From an uncultured Actinomycetes bacterium (lineage in GTDB: Bacteria > Actinomycetota > Thermoleophilia > RBG-16-64-13): 64,000 nt of DNA. Under the pieces are notes generated by a model that saw nothing but the letters and a program-made list of their open reading frames with translations, did not search any database and was not told where the DNA came from. Position 1 is the first letter of the stretch, and every line of letters starts with the position of its first letter. Shown one piece after another: positions 21,371 through 32,713 of the stretch. Where the stretch lies: positions 64,001-128,000 of the forward strand of contig CAVPLM010000014.1 in assembly GCA_963706025.1 (NCBI GenBank), written 5' to 3'. Position numbers and translations under genes: made by a program.

Positions 21371-21724
21371 AGCGCGGCAAGGCGCCCGCCGGCGCGCAGC
21401 GCCCGACAGGCGCGGGCCCAGGCAGCAGCCCGAGGAGATCTTCCAGACCGAGGCCTGCTGGTCCGATATCCGAGCGGCGACCTGCTGTGCCTGCACACGG
21501 GCGACTGGCGCACCGAGCGGCCGGTGTTCGACAAGGAGAAGTGCAACGCCTGCGGCTTCTGCTACATCTTCTGCCCCATCCAGTGCATCGTCGACGACGA
21601 GGACGGCATCCACTACGCCGCCGACATGGACTACTGCAAGGGCTGCGGCGTCTGCGCCAAGGAGTGCCCCAAGGACGCGATCACCATGACCCCCGAAGGA
21701 GACTTCGATGACTGTCGCATCTGA
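21364..21724 (+). CDS. porD: 2-oxoacid:ferredoxin oxidoreductase delta subunit (2x[4Fe-4S])
   Basis: TGDWRTERPVFDKEKCNACGFCYIFCP...DYCKGCGVCAKECP; start uncertain because of an indel. Confidence 0.85.
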
Positions 21725-22959
21725 GCGGGAAGGCCGCCGCGGTGGCGGTGCCGCCCGTCGCGGCCGGGCGCCAGACCAAGGTCATCACCGGCAACGGCGC
21801 GGCCGCCTGGGCGGCCATGCTCTGCCGCGAGTGTGGCGTATGCCCGACGTGGTGGCCGCCTATCCCATCACCCCGCAGAGCGAGGTGATCGAGCAACTGG
21901 CCAGGTTCCACGCCGACGGGCTCTTGGACTGCCAGTACGTCAACGTGGAGGGCGAGAACTCGGCCCAGAACGTGGTCTGCGCGGCCACCATGGCCGGGGG
22001 GCGGGCCTTCACGGCCACTTCGTCGTACGGCCTGGTCTACATGTACGACGCCATGTTCCAGACCGCGGGCTACCGAGCGCCGGTGGTGATGATCAACGTC
22101 AACCGGGAGCCTCCGGGCATCCACGCGGTGTGCTCCGGGCCAGCAGGACATGATCTCGGTGCGCGACACCGGCTGGGTGCAGCTCATCTGCGAGAACTGC
22201 CAGGAGATCATGGACACCACCATCATGGCCTTCCGCCTGGCCGAGGACTACGACATCCAGCTGCCGGTGATGGTCAACTACGACGGCTACTACCTGTCGT
22301 TCCTGGCGGAGTCGGTGGAGATCCCGGCCATCGCGGAGGTGGACGGCTACCTGGCGGCGCTGAAGAGCCAGCCGCCGCGGCCGCAGTTGCTGCCGGGCTC
22401 GCACTTGGGATGCGGCAGCCACGGCATCGGCATGGGCTACGTGGAGCTGCGCAAGAAGCACATGGCGGCCATGGAGCGGGTCAAGACCAAGCTGGAGGAG
22501 ATCGAGGGGGACTTCGCGGCGGCCTTCGGCCGCGGCTATGGCGGCCAGATCGAGGAGTACCGCACCGAGGACGCCGACATCGTGCTGGTGACCAGCGGCA
22601 GCGCCGTGGGGACGGCGCGCACCGTGATCGACGCCAAGCGCGAGGAGGGCATCAAGGTGGGCCTGGTGAAGCTCCGCCTCTACCGGCCCTTCCCCACGGA
22701 GCGGCTGAGCGCAGGCCCTCAAGGGCAAGAAGGCCATCGGCGTGCTCGACCGCAGCATCTGCTTCGGCTGGGACTGCGGCCCGCTCTACATGGAGACCCT
22801 GGCGCTCACGCCCCGAGATCGGCATCGTGCCCATGCTGAGCTTCATCGACGGCCTGGCCAACATGGACATCACCCAGGAGCACATCGGCCGGCATGATCG
22901 ACGACATCCAGGGGGCGTCCCAGGGGTCGCCCTACCAGCAAGTGACGTGGTTACCGTGA
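21708..22959 (+). CDS. porA: 2-oxoacid:ferredoxin oxidoreductase alpha subunit, frameshifted
   Basis: TGNGAAA, DVVAAYPITPQSE, FTATSSYGL, LPVMVNYDGYYLS, LRLYRPFP. Confidence 0.88.
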
Positions 22960-23020
22960 GCGACACGGCTACCGTGAGCGACGGTGCCGCGCAGCCGCTA
23001 GGGCAAGCGAGGGTCCTGAC

Positions 23021-23949
23021 ATGGCTGAACAACGAAAGCGGCAGCCCAAGGTCTGTGAGTACTATCAGAACGAGGACCAGTTCTCGCCCGGGAGTCGCCT
23101 TCTGCGCCGGGTGCGCCCTCGAGCTGAACCTGAGGTTCGTCTCGCGGGTGCTGGGCAAGGACATCATCTTCGTGGGCACGCCGTCGTGCTCGGCGCCGGT
23201 GCTGCACGGGCAGAACGTGGCCGCCTGGCATAGGCACGCCTACTACGCCTGCACCATGACGGGCGTGGCCTCCAGCGCCTCCGGGCTCACCCGCTACTAC
23301 CAGCAGGCCGGCATCGACGCCACCGTGGTCTGCCACACCGGGGACGGCTGCGCCCAGGACGTCGGCTTTCAGACGCTGAGCGGAGCCGCCGAGCGCAACG
23401 AGAAGATGATCTACATCACCTACGACAACGAAGGCTACATGAACACCGGCATCCAGCAGAGCAGCGCCACCCCCTATCGGCGCCTCCACCAGCACCACCC
23501 CACTGGGCAGTGCCGGCCGCGGCAAGACCACCGGATCGAAGAACATGCCGCTGGTGATGGCCATGCACGACATCCCCTACGTGGCCACCGCCACCCTCAG
23601 CCACCTGGAGGACTACGCCAAGAAGCTGGTCAAGGCCAAAGCCAAGGCCAAGGAGGGCTTCGCCTACCTGCACGTCTTCTGCCCCTGCGTGGTGGGCTGG
23701 AAGATCCCGGTGGACTCGTCGATCCAGGTGTGCCGCGACGCCGTGAGGACCAACTACTTCCCGCTGTGGGAGATGGAAGACGGCGCCTGCCGCATCACTC
23801 ATCCGGTCAAGGACCCCAAGCCCGTCGGCGAGCTGACCACGACCCTGGGCAAGTTCAAGCACCTGCGCGACGAGGACCTGGCCGTCCTTCAGGGCCAGGT
23901 GGACCACCGCTTCAGGGTGCTCCAGGCTCTGTGTGCCGGCTCGGCCTAA
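23021..23949 (+). CDS. porB: 2-oxoacid:ferredoxin oxidoreductase beta subunit, frameshifted
   Basis: FCAGC, GDGCAQDVGFQ.LSG, YDNEGYMNTGIQQSSATP, FCPCVVGW. Confidence 0.88.
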
Positions 23950-24096
23950 GGGCCGGCCGCGCGGAGGTCGGCTACGGCGCCCAGGTCCGAGCTTCGCCTA
24001 GCGCGGCTCGGCGTAGGCAGACCGCCGCGGCGCAGGCCGCGGCGCGCAGGCCGCCCGGTCAGGCCCCCCGCCAGGTGTCTCGCGACAGGCGTCCCC

Positions 24097-24555
24097 TCAG
24101 ACGTCCTCGCCGCTGCCCTCCCGGACGTACTCGAAGCCGTTCCCCGTGGTGAAGAAGATGAAGGGTCGATCCACCCTGTGGACGACAAGGGGGCAGTGAG
24201 GCGTCCCCGCCGGGACGAAGACCGCGCACGACTTCGTCAGCATGCGTTTCTCGTCGCCCACCCAGAGCTCGACCTCTCCGTGCAGGTCCATCTGGTCGTC
24301 AGGGTCGGTCCCCAGGAACACCAAGTACTCGTCGAAAGCGTGGCTGTGTGACTCCCTGAGGTTGTCGACAGAGCCCGTCCGCAGCACCATGCAGGTCTCG
24401 AGGTAGAAGGCGCCTGGGAGGGTCCCGTCCAGTTCGTTGTCGATGTAGAGGGAATCGCACCAGGGGATGTCGCTGACCACGTTCCTGCTCTGGGGGTGCT
24501 CCGGGTGCGGTGGGGTCTCGGTGATGAAGTACTTGCCGTAGTCGCTCCGTTCCAT
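24097..24555 (-). CDS. Small cupin-domain protein
   Basis: SHSHAFDEYLVFLG...VFVPAGTPHCP cupin motifs. Confidence 0.8.
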   Translation of the reverse strand: MERSDYGKYFITETPPHPEHPQSRNVVSDIPWCDSLYIDNELDGTLPGAFYLETCMVLRTGSVDNLRESHSHAFDEYLVFLGTDPDDQMDLHGEVELWVGDEKRMLTKSCAVFVPAGTPHCPLVVHRVDRPFIFFTTGNGFEYVREGSGEDV

Positions 24556-24650
24556 GTGCTTCTCCTGAAGGTGTCGGTTCGGATGGGGCTCCCATTCTTG
24601 CAGATGTCCCGGCCGATCGCATGTGTGTGACCCGAGCGTAAGGCGCCCGA

Positions 24651-24692
24651 CAAAAAGAAACCCGCCCCCCTCGGTGGTCGAGGGGGGCGGGT
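24651..24692 (-). terminator. Rho-independent terminator downstream of the substrate-binding protein gene
   Basis: 14-bp stem acccgcccccctcg/cgaggggggcgggt, 5-nt loop, followed on the minus strand by TTCTTTTTG. Confidence 0.85.
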
Positions 24693-24767
24693 CTGTCGTC
24701 AGTCGGTCACTGCGTCGACCACGTCAGCCGTATCATGGCTTCGAGGTCGCGGGCAGTCCGCTGATAT

Positions 24768-26130
24768 CTACCTTTCCTCCCAGGGGACGAACGTCACCGT
24801 CTTGCCGGTGGCGACTTCCGTCGGGGTAGAGGACCACGCGCTTCCCGCCCGATGCCCATTGGAACGCGAGGAACGGGATGTCGGCGATGCCTTGGTCGTT
24901 GTACTGGATGTCGCCCATGGCCGTGCCGGGGAAGCTGCCGTTGAAGACCTGATCCCTGACGGGGCCGGGTTCGAACACGCCGGCCCTCTCGATGGCGGTC
25001 GCCAGGATCTGCACGCCGGCGTAATAGAGGCCGATGCTATTGGAGGTGGCGCCGTCGTTATCAGCCGTGAAGGCCGCTCCCAGTTCCTTGCAGCGTAGGG
25101 GTACGGCAAGGTCTCCGACCAGAAGCCGTCGTAGCAGATGTAGTCCGCGTCGGCTCCAAGGCCATTATAGAAGTCGACGGGCCAGAAGCCCTTGTACCCG
25201 AAGATGTACTTCGGCGACCAGTTCGCCTCCTTCATCTGCTTGACGAACGTGATGCCGTCGCTGGGAGCGATCAAGGTGACTACCCCCTCGACTCCCGCCT
25301 CTTTGAACTTGAGGATGATCGAGGAGAAGTCCTTGTTGCCCTCGACGAACTTCTCGTACGACACGACTTCAAAGCCTGCCGCCTCGAGCCCCGCTTTGGT
25401 GGCGTCGCCGAAACCTACGCCATCCGGCGTGTTCTCGGTCATTACCGCGAACTTCTTCGGAACATCGGCCGGATCCATCGCCTGTGCCCCTCCCACGGCC
25501 ACGAGGCCGGAATCGGCAGCCGACTCGAACATGTCGGTGGACCACCTCAGATCCATGCCACCGATGAATCCCGCGAAGGATCCATCAGGGCTGGCCTCGT
25601 CGGTCCAGCTCGACACGATGTGGAAGTAGGCCTCATACTGCTCGGCCACTGTCGCCGCCGCCTGGTTGACCGGAGTGATGTTCGAGCTGAGGATGATCTT
25701 GATGCCATCGCTCTTGATCAGCTTCTCCATGGCCGCGGCGCCCTCGGTAGGCTGGCTCTTGTCGTCGACGTACTTCAGCAGCGAGCTTGTGCATCTTGCC
25801 GTCGGCGAGCTTGACGCCACCCTTGGCGTTGATGTCGGCCACGGCCTTCTCCTGTGCCCATTTCTCCTCTTGGCCGGTCAGAACGTTCGAGCCGGTCAAG
25901 GAGTTGATCGAACCGATGACGAGGTCGTCGCCCATTTCCGCTCCCGCGGCGGTGGTGTCGGTGCTCGCAGGCGCGGTGGTCTCGGTGGCTGGCGGTGCCG
26001 TGGTCTCGGTGCTCGCCGGCGCGGCAGTTGTGGTGGTCTCTTCTTCGCCGCAGGCTGCCAGGAACATGGTTCCCATCAGACCTAGAACGAGGAGCGTCAG
26101 AGTCAGAATCAGCAGTTTCTTGCTTCTCAC
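24768..26130 (-). CDS. LIV-type ABC transporter substrate-binding lipoprotein, frameshifted
   Basis: Lipobox LAAC, Thr-rich linker, INSLTG...AVADINAKGGV, KDFSSIILK. Confidence 0.87.
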
Positions 26131-26271
26131 GATATCCCCCTTGGTTTCTCTTGGGAGCTGATGTTGGGTTGAACGACACTAGCCAAGTGCAGTCACCTCA
26201 TAGATTTCCCCCCCGAGTTATTCCTGCCCAGTTGGATCAGCGTTTGTTCCATGGACTGCAGGACTGGCGTG

Positions 26272-26280
26272 ATTATAGCA
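26272..26280 (-). promoter_or_regulatory. Extended -10 promoter (TGnTATAAT) for the SBP gene
   Basis: Minus strand TGCTATAAT, perfect consensus in the divergent intergenic region. Confidence 0.6.
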
Positions 26281-26543
26281 GGATGCCTTGGCTGTCATCG
26301 AACGGTGGCCAATCGGCAGGTGCGAGCGGTGGCGGATCAGCCGGTCTGTTCTTCCCAAAGTTCGCCGCCATCTGTTATGGTGGCGCGGCGCTCGTATGCG
26401 AGCGTGTGTTTCGGCGGCATCGTTCCAATCGGGGGGTACCACTTGCAGTCACCGGTGCGGTGGTTGGGGGTTCTCATACGACTCCGCGCGGCTCGTCGAC
26501 GGCCCGGTTCTCTCGGACAGGGTGCGGGCGGTAGGTAGGCATC

Positions 26544-27281
26544 ATGCCGGCCGGGGAACCCCTTCTTGCGCTGAGCGGAGTCTCCAAGCACTTCGGTGGT
26601 CTGCAGGTCATCACCGATCTGGACTTCGTCGTGCACGAGGAAGAGATCGTGGGGTTGATCGGCCCCAACGGCGCCGGAAAGTCGACGGTCTTCAATCTCA
26701 TCACTTCGATATACCCGATAGATCGTGGCACTATCCGGTTCAAGGATAGGGAGATCGCCGGCCTTGCTCCGCACAAGATCTGCCACTTGGGGATATCGAG
26801 GACCTATCAGCTTGTCAGGGCTTTTCTAAAGATGTCGGCCTTTGAGAACGTCATGACGGCAGCCGTGTACGGGGGCAGGCACCACGCCCAGAGTGCCAAG
26901 GAGCGCACTCTGGAAGCCCTCGAACTCGTGGAGTTGTCCGGCAAGCGGGACATCAAGGCGGCGCACTTGACTCTCTCCGACCGTCGCCTGCTGGAGATAG
27001 CGATGGGCCTGGCCTCCATGCCGGCGCTCATCCTGCTGGATGAGCCCATGGCCGGACTGACCGACGTCGAGATAGAGCACCTGCTCGGTTTGCTCAGGGC
27101 GATTAGGGACGAACGTGAGTTCTCCATCCTGTGGATCGAGCACAGGGTGGACGCAGTCCTGGACTTCTGCGACCGCGTCGCCGTGCTCGATTACGGGGTC
27201 AAGATCGCGGATGGGTGTCCGGACGACGTGGCGTGCGACCCGCAAGTCATAGAGGCGTACCTTGGCGAACCAGTTGCTTGA
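26544..27281 (+). CDS. livG: LIV-type ABC transporter ATP-binding protein
   Basis: GPNGAGKST, LLDEPMAG, IEH, VIEAYLG. Confidence 0.9.
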   Translation: MPAGEPLLALSGVSKHFGGLQVITDLDFVVHEEEIVGLIGPNGAGKSTVFNLITSIYPIDRGTIRFKDREIAGLAPHKICHLGISRTYQLVRAFLKMSAFENVMTAAVYGGRHHAQSAKERTLEALELVELSGKRDIKAAHLTLSDRRLLEIAMGLASMPALILLDEPMAGLTDVEIEHLLGLLRAIRDEREFSILWIEHRVDAVLDFCDRVAVLDYGVKIADGCPDDVACDPQVIEAYLGEPVA

Positions 27282-27993
27282 GGTCAAGGAACTGAGCGTT
27301 TCCTACGGGGATGTCCGGGCCCTCCAGGACGTCTCCTTGGAGGTCGAGGAAGGATCGATCGTGGCTCTTGTCGGGGCTAACGGCGCCGGGAAGTCCACTC
27401 TCCTCAAGACCGTGTCGGGCCTTCTTCATCCGAAGGGAGGACAGATCCTTTTCCTGGGGGAAGACCTGGGCAAGCTCAACCCCAAGCATCGCGTCGACAG
27501 AGGCATCGTGATGGTGCCGGAAGGACGCCGGCTCTTCCAGACCCTCACAGTCCTCGAGAATCTGAGGTTGGGAGCATATCTCCCCAGGGCACGGGCCACC
27601 TACGACGAATCTCTGGAACGAGTATTCGGGCTGTTCCCGGTGCTGAAGGACCGGAAGGATGGGAAGGCCGGTCTGCTGAGCGGCGGCGAGCAGCAGATGC
27701 TGGCGATCGGGCGGGCCGTCATGGCCCACCCAAAACTGGTCATGGTCGATGAAGCCTCCCTGGGACTCAGCCCGATCCTGACGAGGGCGATCTTCGAGTT
27801 GATCGTCGCACTCAACCAACAAGAGACCACGGTTCTCATGGTCGAGCAGAACATCCACATGGCCTTGAAGATCTGCCACAAGGCGTATGTGATGAGGACC
27901 GGAAGCATCGTCCTGAGTGGGTCAGGGCAAGAGCTTCTCGCCAACGAAGACGTGCGCAAAGCCTACATAGGCGAGCGGGGGAGTCGGCTGTAA
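27274..27993 (+). CDS. livF: LIV-type ABC transporter ATP-binding protein
   Basis: GANGAGKST, VPEGRRLF, LSGGEQQMLAIGRA, VEQN. Confidence 0.9.
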   Translation: MLEVKELSVSYGDVRALQDVSLEVEEGSIVALVGANGAGKSTLLKTVSGLLHPKGGQILFLGEDLGKLNPKHRVDRGIVMVPEGRRLFQTLTVLENLRLGAYLPRARATYDESLERVFGLFPVLKDRKDGKAGLLSGGEQQMLAIGRAVMAHPKLVMVDEASLGLSPILTRAIFELIVALNQQETTVLMVEQNIHMALKICHKAYVMRTGSIVLSGSGQELLANEDVRKAYIGERGSRL

Positions 27994-28874
27994 TGGGTTC
28001 GCTTGCTCAGGTCCTGATCAATGGCATTCTTCTGGGGTCCATGTACGGCATCGCGGCCGCCGGCCTAAGCCTCATCTTCGGGACGATGAGGATCATCTTC
28101 CTCGCCCAAGGGGCGATGATCGTCTTCTTCGCTTTTGTATGCTACTGGCTCTTCGTCAAAGTCAGCATCGATCCGTATCTTTCCCTGCTCATAGTGGTGC
28201 CGTTCGCCTTCTTGGTGGGCTTGGGCCTGTTCTACACCCTGTTCCGGAAGGCTGTCGCCCTCGAGGATAAGAACGTCTCGCTCTTGATCGCTGTGGGTCT
28301 GATGTACCTGATCGAGAACGCGATACTGAAGGTTTGGTCGGCCACTCCGCGTGGCTTGGACATCTCGTATTCGGGCGCCACCCTCGTCTTTTGGGGCCTC
28401 CGAGTGTCGTGGCTGCGCCTTGCGCTTCTGGGGCTCGCGTTGGTGTCTGCAGGAGTCGTCTTTGTGTTCCTGAAGAAGACGCGGGTGGGGACCGCGGTGA
28501 GGGCTGCCAGCGAGGACCTGGAGGCGACGAAGCTCCAGGGGATCAATTCCCTCTGGGTATGCGCGATCAGCTTCGCCATCGGGATCGGGCTGGCGGGTGT
28601 GGCCGGTGTCGGCTTGGCCACGGTCTACTCTTTCGACTACCAGTTCGGATTCGTCTTCTCTATCAAGGCCCTGGTCGCCCTCGCTCTCGGAGGCATCGGC
28701 AACGTGTTTGGCGCTCTGGCAGGGGGCATTCTTCTGGGGATCATCGAGAACCTCGCTGCCTACTACGTGGGCATTGGATGGATCGAGATTGTCTCGTATG
28801 GGGTGTTCATGCTGGTGCTCATCTTCCTGCCCCAGGGCTTGTTCGGCAGGCGGGGGCTGGTCAAGAAAGTCTGA
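27993..28874 (+). CDS. livH: LIV-type ABC transporter permease
   Basis: NGILLGSMYG..GLSLIFG, GTAVRAASED, hydrophobic. Confidence 0.88.
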   Translation: MGSLAQVLINGILLGSMYGIAAAGLSLIFGTMRIIFLAQGAMIVFFAFVCYWLFVKVSIDPYLSLLIVVPFAFLVGLGLFYTLFRKAVALEDKNVSLLIAVGLMYLIENAILKVWSATPRGLDISYSGATLVFWGLRVSWLRLALLGLALVSAGVVFVFLKKTRVGTAVRAASEDLEATKLQGINSLWVCAISFAIGIGLAGVAGVGLATVYSFDYQFGFVFSIKALVALALGGIGNVFGALAGGILLGIIENLAAYYVGIGWIEIVSYGVFMLVLIFLPQGLFGRRGLVKKV

Positions 28875-28880
28875 TTTGCG

Positions 28881-29924
28881 GTGAAAACCGGGAAGAGCGA
28901 TGGCGGTCATATGAGTCTACGCGCAGTCTCCGGCGCGTTTGGCAGACGGAAGCTGATCTGGGCGGGCCTCGCGGCCGTGGCGGTCGTGTTCTTCGCGACC
29001 CTGCCTCTCTTCTACGACGTCCACAACGGGCAGTTCGGCGTCTTCTTGTTCCTGGTGTTCATATACGGCATCGTCGCCCAGGGGTGGAACCTGGTAGGCG
29101 GGTACACGGGGCAGATCAGTCTCGGCCAGAATGCCTTCTTCGGCCTTGGAGCCTTTACCATGGCGCTACTGTGGTTCTGGGACGTTACCAAGACCAGCTA
29201 CTACTTCGATCCCCTCCTCCTGTTCCTGAGCGGAGTGACACCTGCAATCCTCGCGGTCCTGGTCGGAACGCCCCTCTTGTCCCGCCTAAGGGGCGACTAC
29301 TTCGCCTTCGGCACCCTTGGAATGGGGATGATCGTCACCGTGCTGTTCCTCAATGGGGGGGACTTCACCGGTGGGGCCGAGGGCAAGCTTCTGATCAAGA
29401 AGATGCCTGAAGGCGTGGTCTTCAACCTGCGCACTCACTACTGGGTGGCTTTGCTGGTAGCCGTTCTGGCGACTCTGGTGGTGTACATCCTGACTACTTC
29501 CAGGGTTGGGCTTGCCTTGAGGGCCATCCGGGAAGACGAGGTCTCAGCCGCGTCGCACGGGGTCCATGTCCTCAAGTACAAGGTCCTCGCGTTTGCGGTG
29601 GCGGCGGCCATGGCCGGGGTGGCCGGCGGCATATACGGCTACTATCTCCTTCAGGTAACGCCCTCCAACGTTTTCACTCAGAACTGGCTGTTCTACCCTA
29701 TTCTGATGGTCGTGCTCGGGGGGACTGGAACGCTCATGGGTCCGTGGATAGGTTCGTTCTTGATCTATGCCATGGCCTGGTACGCAGACCTGTACGCCCC
29801 GGGCTACCACCCGATATTCTCAGGGGTGATCATCATACTGGTGATGTTGTTCCTACCGGGCGGTATCATGGGGCTTGCCGAGAAGAGACCCGGTCGGCGG
29901 AGCAGAGGCTCGGCCGCCCCGTAG
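28881..29924 (+). CDS. livM: LIV-type ABC transporter permease
   Basis: WNLVGGYTGQISLG, LRGDYFA, LRAIREDE. Confidence 0.88.
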   Translation: MKTGKSDGGHMSLRAVSGAFGRRKLIWAGLAAVAVVFFATLPLFYDVHNGQFGVFLFLVFIYGIVAQGWNLVGGYTGQISLGQNAFFGLGAFTMALLWFWDVTKTSYYFDPLLLFLSGVTPAILAVLVGTPLLSRLRGDYFAFGTLGMGMIVTVLFLNGGDFTGGAEGKLLIKKMPEGVVFNLRTHYWVALLVAVLATLVVYILTTSRVGLALRAIREDEVSAASHGVHVLKYKVLAFAVAAAMAGVAGGIYGYYLLQVTPSNVFTQNWLFYPILMVVLGGTGTLMGPWIGSFLIYAMAWYADLYAPGYHPIFSGVIIILVMLFLPGGIMGLAEKRPGRRSRGSAAP

Positions 29925-30144
29925 CGCGCGCGGATCTGCAGTCACGGTCCATAGCCGCCACTGTGGCTCCGGTACCTCTGTGACATCGCGAAAAGACTCC
30001 CGTCCCCGGCTCTACACGTCAGACGCCGGACCTGTCCGGTTGCGGGGCGCGGCCGGGCGCGGGGCGGCTGGGCGCGGGGCGTGGCCGCTTCACATTTCCG
30101 TCACAGGGGGTGCACGTGCGCAGAGGAGCTAAGGGGGTACTCGC

Positions 30145-31156
30145 GTGAAGGCGGCCGTTCAGAAGGCCATCCACGTGGTGGAGGTCGAAGAGGTTCCCGA
30201 GCCTGTCACCAAGCCGGATCAGATCAAGGTCAAGATCGCCTATGCCGGGATCTGCGGCACCGACATGGAGATCCTGGAGGGGTCTTTCGGACTCGTCAAG
30301 GTCCCCACCTTTCCCAAGATCGAGGGACACGAGGCGTCGGGAACCATCGTCGAAGTGGGATCGGCGACCAAGCTCGGCTACGAAGTGGGGCAGCGAGTGG
30401 CCATGGTCCCGGTGGCGCCCTGTGGAGCCTGCTACTTCTGCAGGAGCGGGATGGAGGCGTACTGCACTCATTTCACCGAGTATTCGGGAGCCTTCGCCGA
30501 GTACGGCTACTACGCGGAGGGCCAGGTCTTTCCCATCGCCGACGACGTGAGCTTCGAGGTTGGCACCATGCTCGAACCCCTCTCTATCGCCATGCGGGCG
30601 AACCACCTGGGCCAGGTGGGCCCGGGCAAGTCGGTGGCCATCTTGGGAGCCGGCCCCATAGGCATGCTCAACCTGATCGTCGCGGTCCACAGCGGAGCCG
30701 CGGTCACCATGGTGAGCGAGCCCTTCGGCTACAAGAGGGACTTCGCCCGGCGGCTGGGCGCGACGGCGACCGTGGATCCCAAGAACGAGGACATCCTCGA
30801 AGTCACCAAGAGTCTCACGAACGGCCTCGGCTTCGACGCGGTGATCGACTGCACAGGCAAGCTCGCCGGAGCGGAACAGGCCGTGAAGCTGGCCGGTCCG
30901 GGGGCGCATGTGGTCTGGGCGGCGGTGTATCCCGTGGGGGGGACGGTGCTGGTCGAACCGTGGGCCGTCTTCGAGAAAGACCTCAGCATCCACGGCGTCT
31001 TCCAATCGCCGTACTTCCTGTGGCGAGCGAACAAGATGCTCTCGGTGCTGGATCTCGAGTCCTCTGGTATCACACGTGTACGCGCTCGACGACATCAACC
31101 AGGCCTTCGCCGATCAGCGCGCGGGCAAAGTCATGAAGGCGTTGGTCAGGCCCTGA
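30145..31156 (+). CDS. Zn-dependent alcohol dehydrogenase (threonine/polyol DH-like), 3' frameshift
   Basis: GICGTD, GHEASG, CGACYFC...C structural Zn, GAGPIG. Confidence 0.88.
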
Positions 31157-31189
31157 CCTGCGCTCACCACTAAACAGGAGGGTCTTCTT

Positions 31190-31651
31190 ATGTCCGCGCA
31201 AGAACCGACGTACCACGGCACCCGGCTCCACCACGTAGGGGTGGTGGTGAAGGACATCGACAAAGCTATAGCTCACCTGGAAGCCCTTGGCTTCGGCCCC
31301 TTCAAGTTCGATGACGAGCACAAGGTGTTCGCCATCAACTTCAAGGGGGAGCTTCACGGCAGGCCGGCCGAGTGGACCACCAAGATCAGCAACGCCCTCA
31401 TGGGCGACGTGGAGCTCGAGCTCCTCGAGCCGTATGAGGGCGACCAGGCTCTCAAGGAAACGCTCGACGCCCAGGGCGAAGGTCTCCACCACATCGGCTG
31501 GTTGACCACCGACCTTCAGGGAGACATCGAGCGGGCGACGGCTCGGGGGGCCAAGGTGTGGACGAGCTCCTTCCCCGTGGGGCAGCCCGGCTTCTGCTAC
31601 TTCGAGAATAGCGAGATCGGCAACCTCGCCATCGAGCTAAGGGAGCCGTAG
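31190..31651 (+). CDS. VOC-family protein (methylmalonyl-CoA epimerase/glyoxalase-like)
   Basis: LHHVGVVVKD, ELELLEP, GEGLHHIG, IELRE. Confidence 0.85.
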   Translation: MSAQEPTYHGTRLHHVGVVVKDIDKAIAHLEALGFGPFKFDDEHKVFAINFKGELHGRPAEWTTKISNALMGDVELELLEPYEGDQALKETLDAQGEGLHHIGWLTTDLQGDIERATARGAKVWTSSFPVGQPGFCYFENSEIGNLAIELREP

Positions 31652-31654
31652 GCC

Positions 31655-32674
31655 ATGAAAGCTGCACTCACGTACGGGCCCTTCGACACTCGGGTAGAGG
31701 AGGTCCCCGAACCGACTCCCGGCCCGGGCGAGATCAAGGTCAAGATCGCCTACTGCGGCATCTGCGGCACCGACCCCGAGATCTACGACGGGAGCTTCGG
31801 TCTCCTCAAGGCTCCCTGGTGGCCCAAGCCTCCGTTCACGACGGGACACGAAGCCTCCGGCGTAATCGCCGAGCTGGGCCCCGGGCTGCTCGAGGGATAC
31901 CAGGTCGGCCGGCGGGTGGCCATGAACTTCCGCACCTATTGCGGAAAGTGCTACTACTGTCGCTCCATGAGGGAGCAGTACTGCGAGCACGTCACCTCGT
32001 ACGAAGCGGGCTTCTCCGAATACGCCCTCTACGGGGAGGGCGCCATCTATCCTCTCCCCGACGACGTGAGCCTCGAGCGGGGGGCCATGCTGGAGCCGGT
32101 GACGATCGCCCTGCACGCGGTGGATCAGGGCAACATCAGTCCGGGGAAAACGGTGGCCATTTGCGGAGGCGGAACGATCGGCCTGCTGGTGCAGCAGATC
32201 GCCATTCGAGCCGGGGCGACTCGGGTACTGGTCTCGGATCCCATGCCCGAGAAGCGGGCGATGGCCATGAGATTGGGGGCGGACTGGACGGTCGACCCGC
32301 TCGCCGAGGACCTCGTGGCCGTCGGCCGTGAGCTCACCGGGGGGCGTGGTTTCGACACCGTGTTCGAGGCCAGCGGCAAGCTGTCCGCGGCCCAGCAGTC
32401 CATGGGGCTGGCCGACAAATGCGGCACGATCGTGTGGGTGGGCGTGTATCCGGAGGAAGCCGAACTATCGGTCAATCCCTACACAATGTTCGCGAGCGAG
32501 CTGACCGTACGCTCGAGCATGCTGGCTCCTTATGTCTTCCCGCGCGGCCTCAAGCTCCTGTCCAAGTTGGATCTCGAACCGATGATCACCGAGATCGTTC
32601 CCCTCGAGGACATCGCTCGGGCTCTGGCCGGCCGCAAGACCAGCAACGCCGTCAAGATCCTCGTCAAGCCGTAG
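31655..32674 (+). CDS. Zn-dependent alcohol dehydrogenase (paralog 2)
   Basis: GICGTD, GHEASG, CGKCYYC...C, GGGTIG. Confidence 0.9.
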   Translation: MKAALTYGPFDTRVEEVPEPTPGPGEIKVKIAYCGICGTDPEIYDGSFGLLKAPWWPKPPFTTGHEASGVIAELGPGLLEGYQVGRRVAMNFRTYCGKCYYCRSMREQYCEHVTSYEAGFSEYALYGEGAIYPLPDDVSLERGAMLEPVTIALHAVDQGNISPGKTVAICGGGTIGLLVQQIAIRAGATRVLVSDPMPEKRAMAMRLGADWTVDPLAEDLVAVGRELTGGRGFDTVFEASGKLSAAQQSMGLADKCGTIVWVGVYPEEAELSVNPYTMFASELTVRSSMLAPYVFPRGLKLLSKLDLEPMITEIVPLEDIARALAGRKTSNAVKILVKP

Positions 32675-32713
32675 GACTTCATTCCGAAACGAACAACCGG
32701 GGAGGTCGCCTAA

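Noticed and set aside
25930-26050. Tandem repeats (also 44900-45000) as a possible CRISPR or VNTR
   Set aside because: They encode Thr/Ala-rich lipoprotein linkers. There is no repeat-spacer structure and no cas gene.
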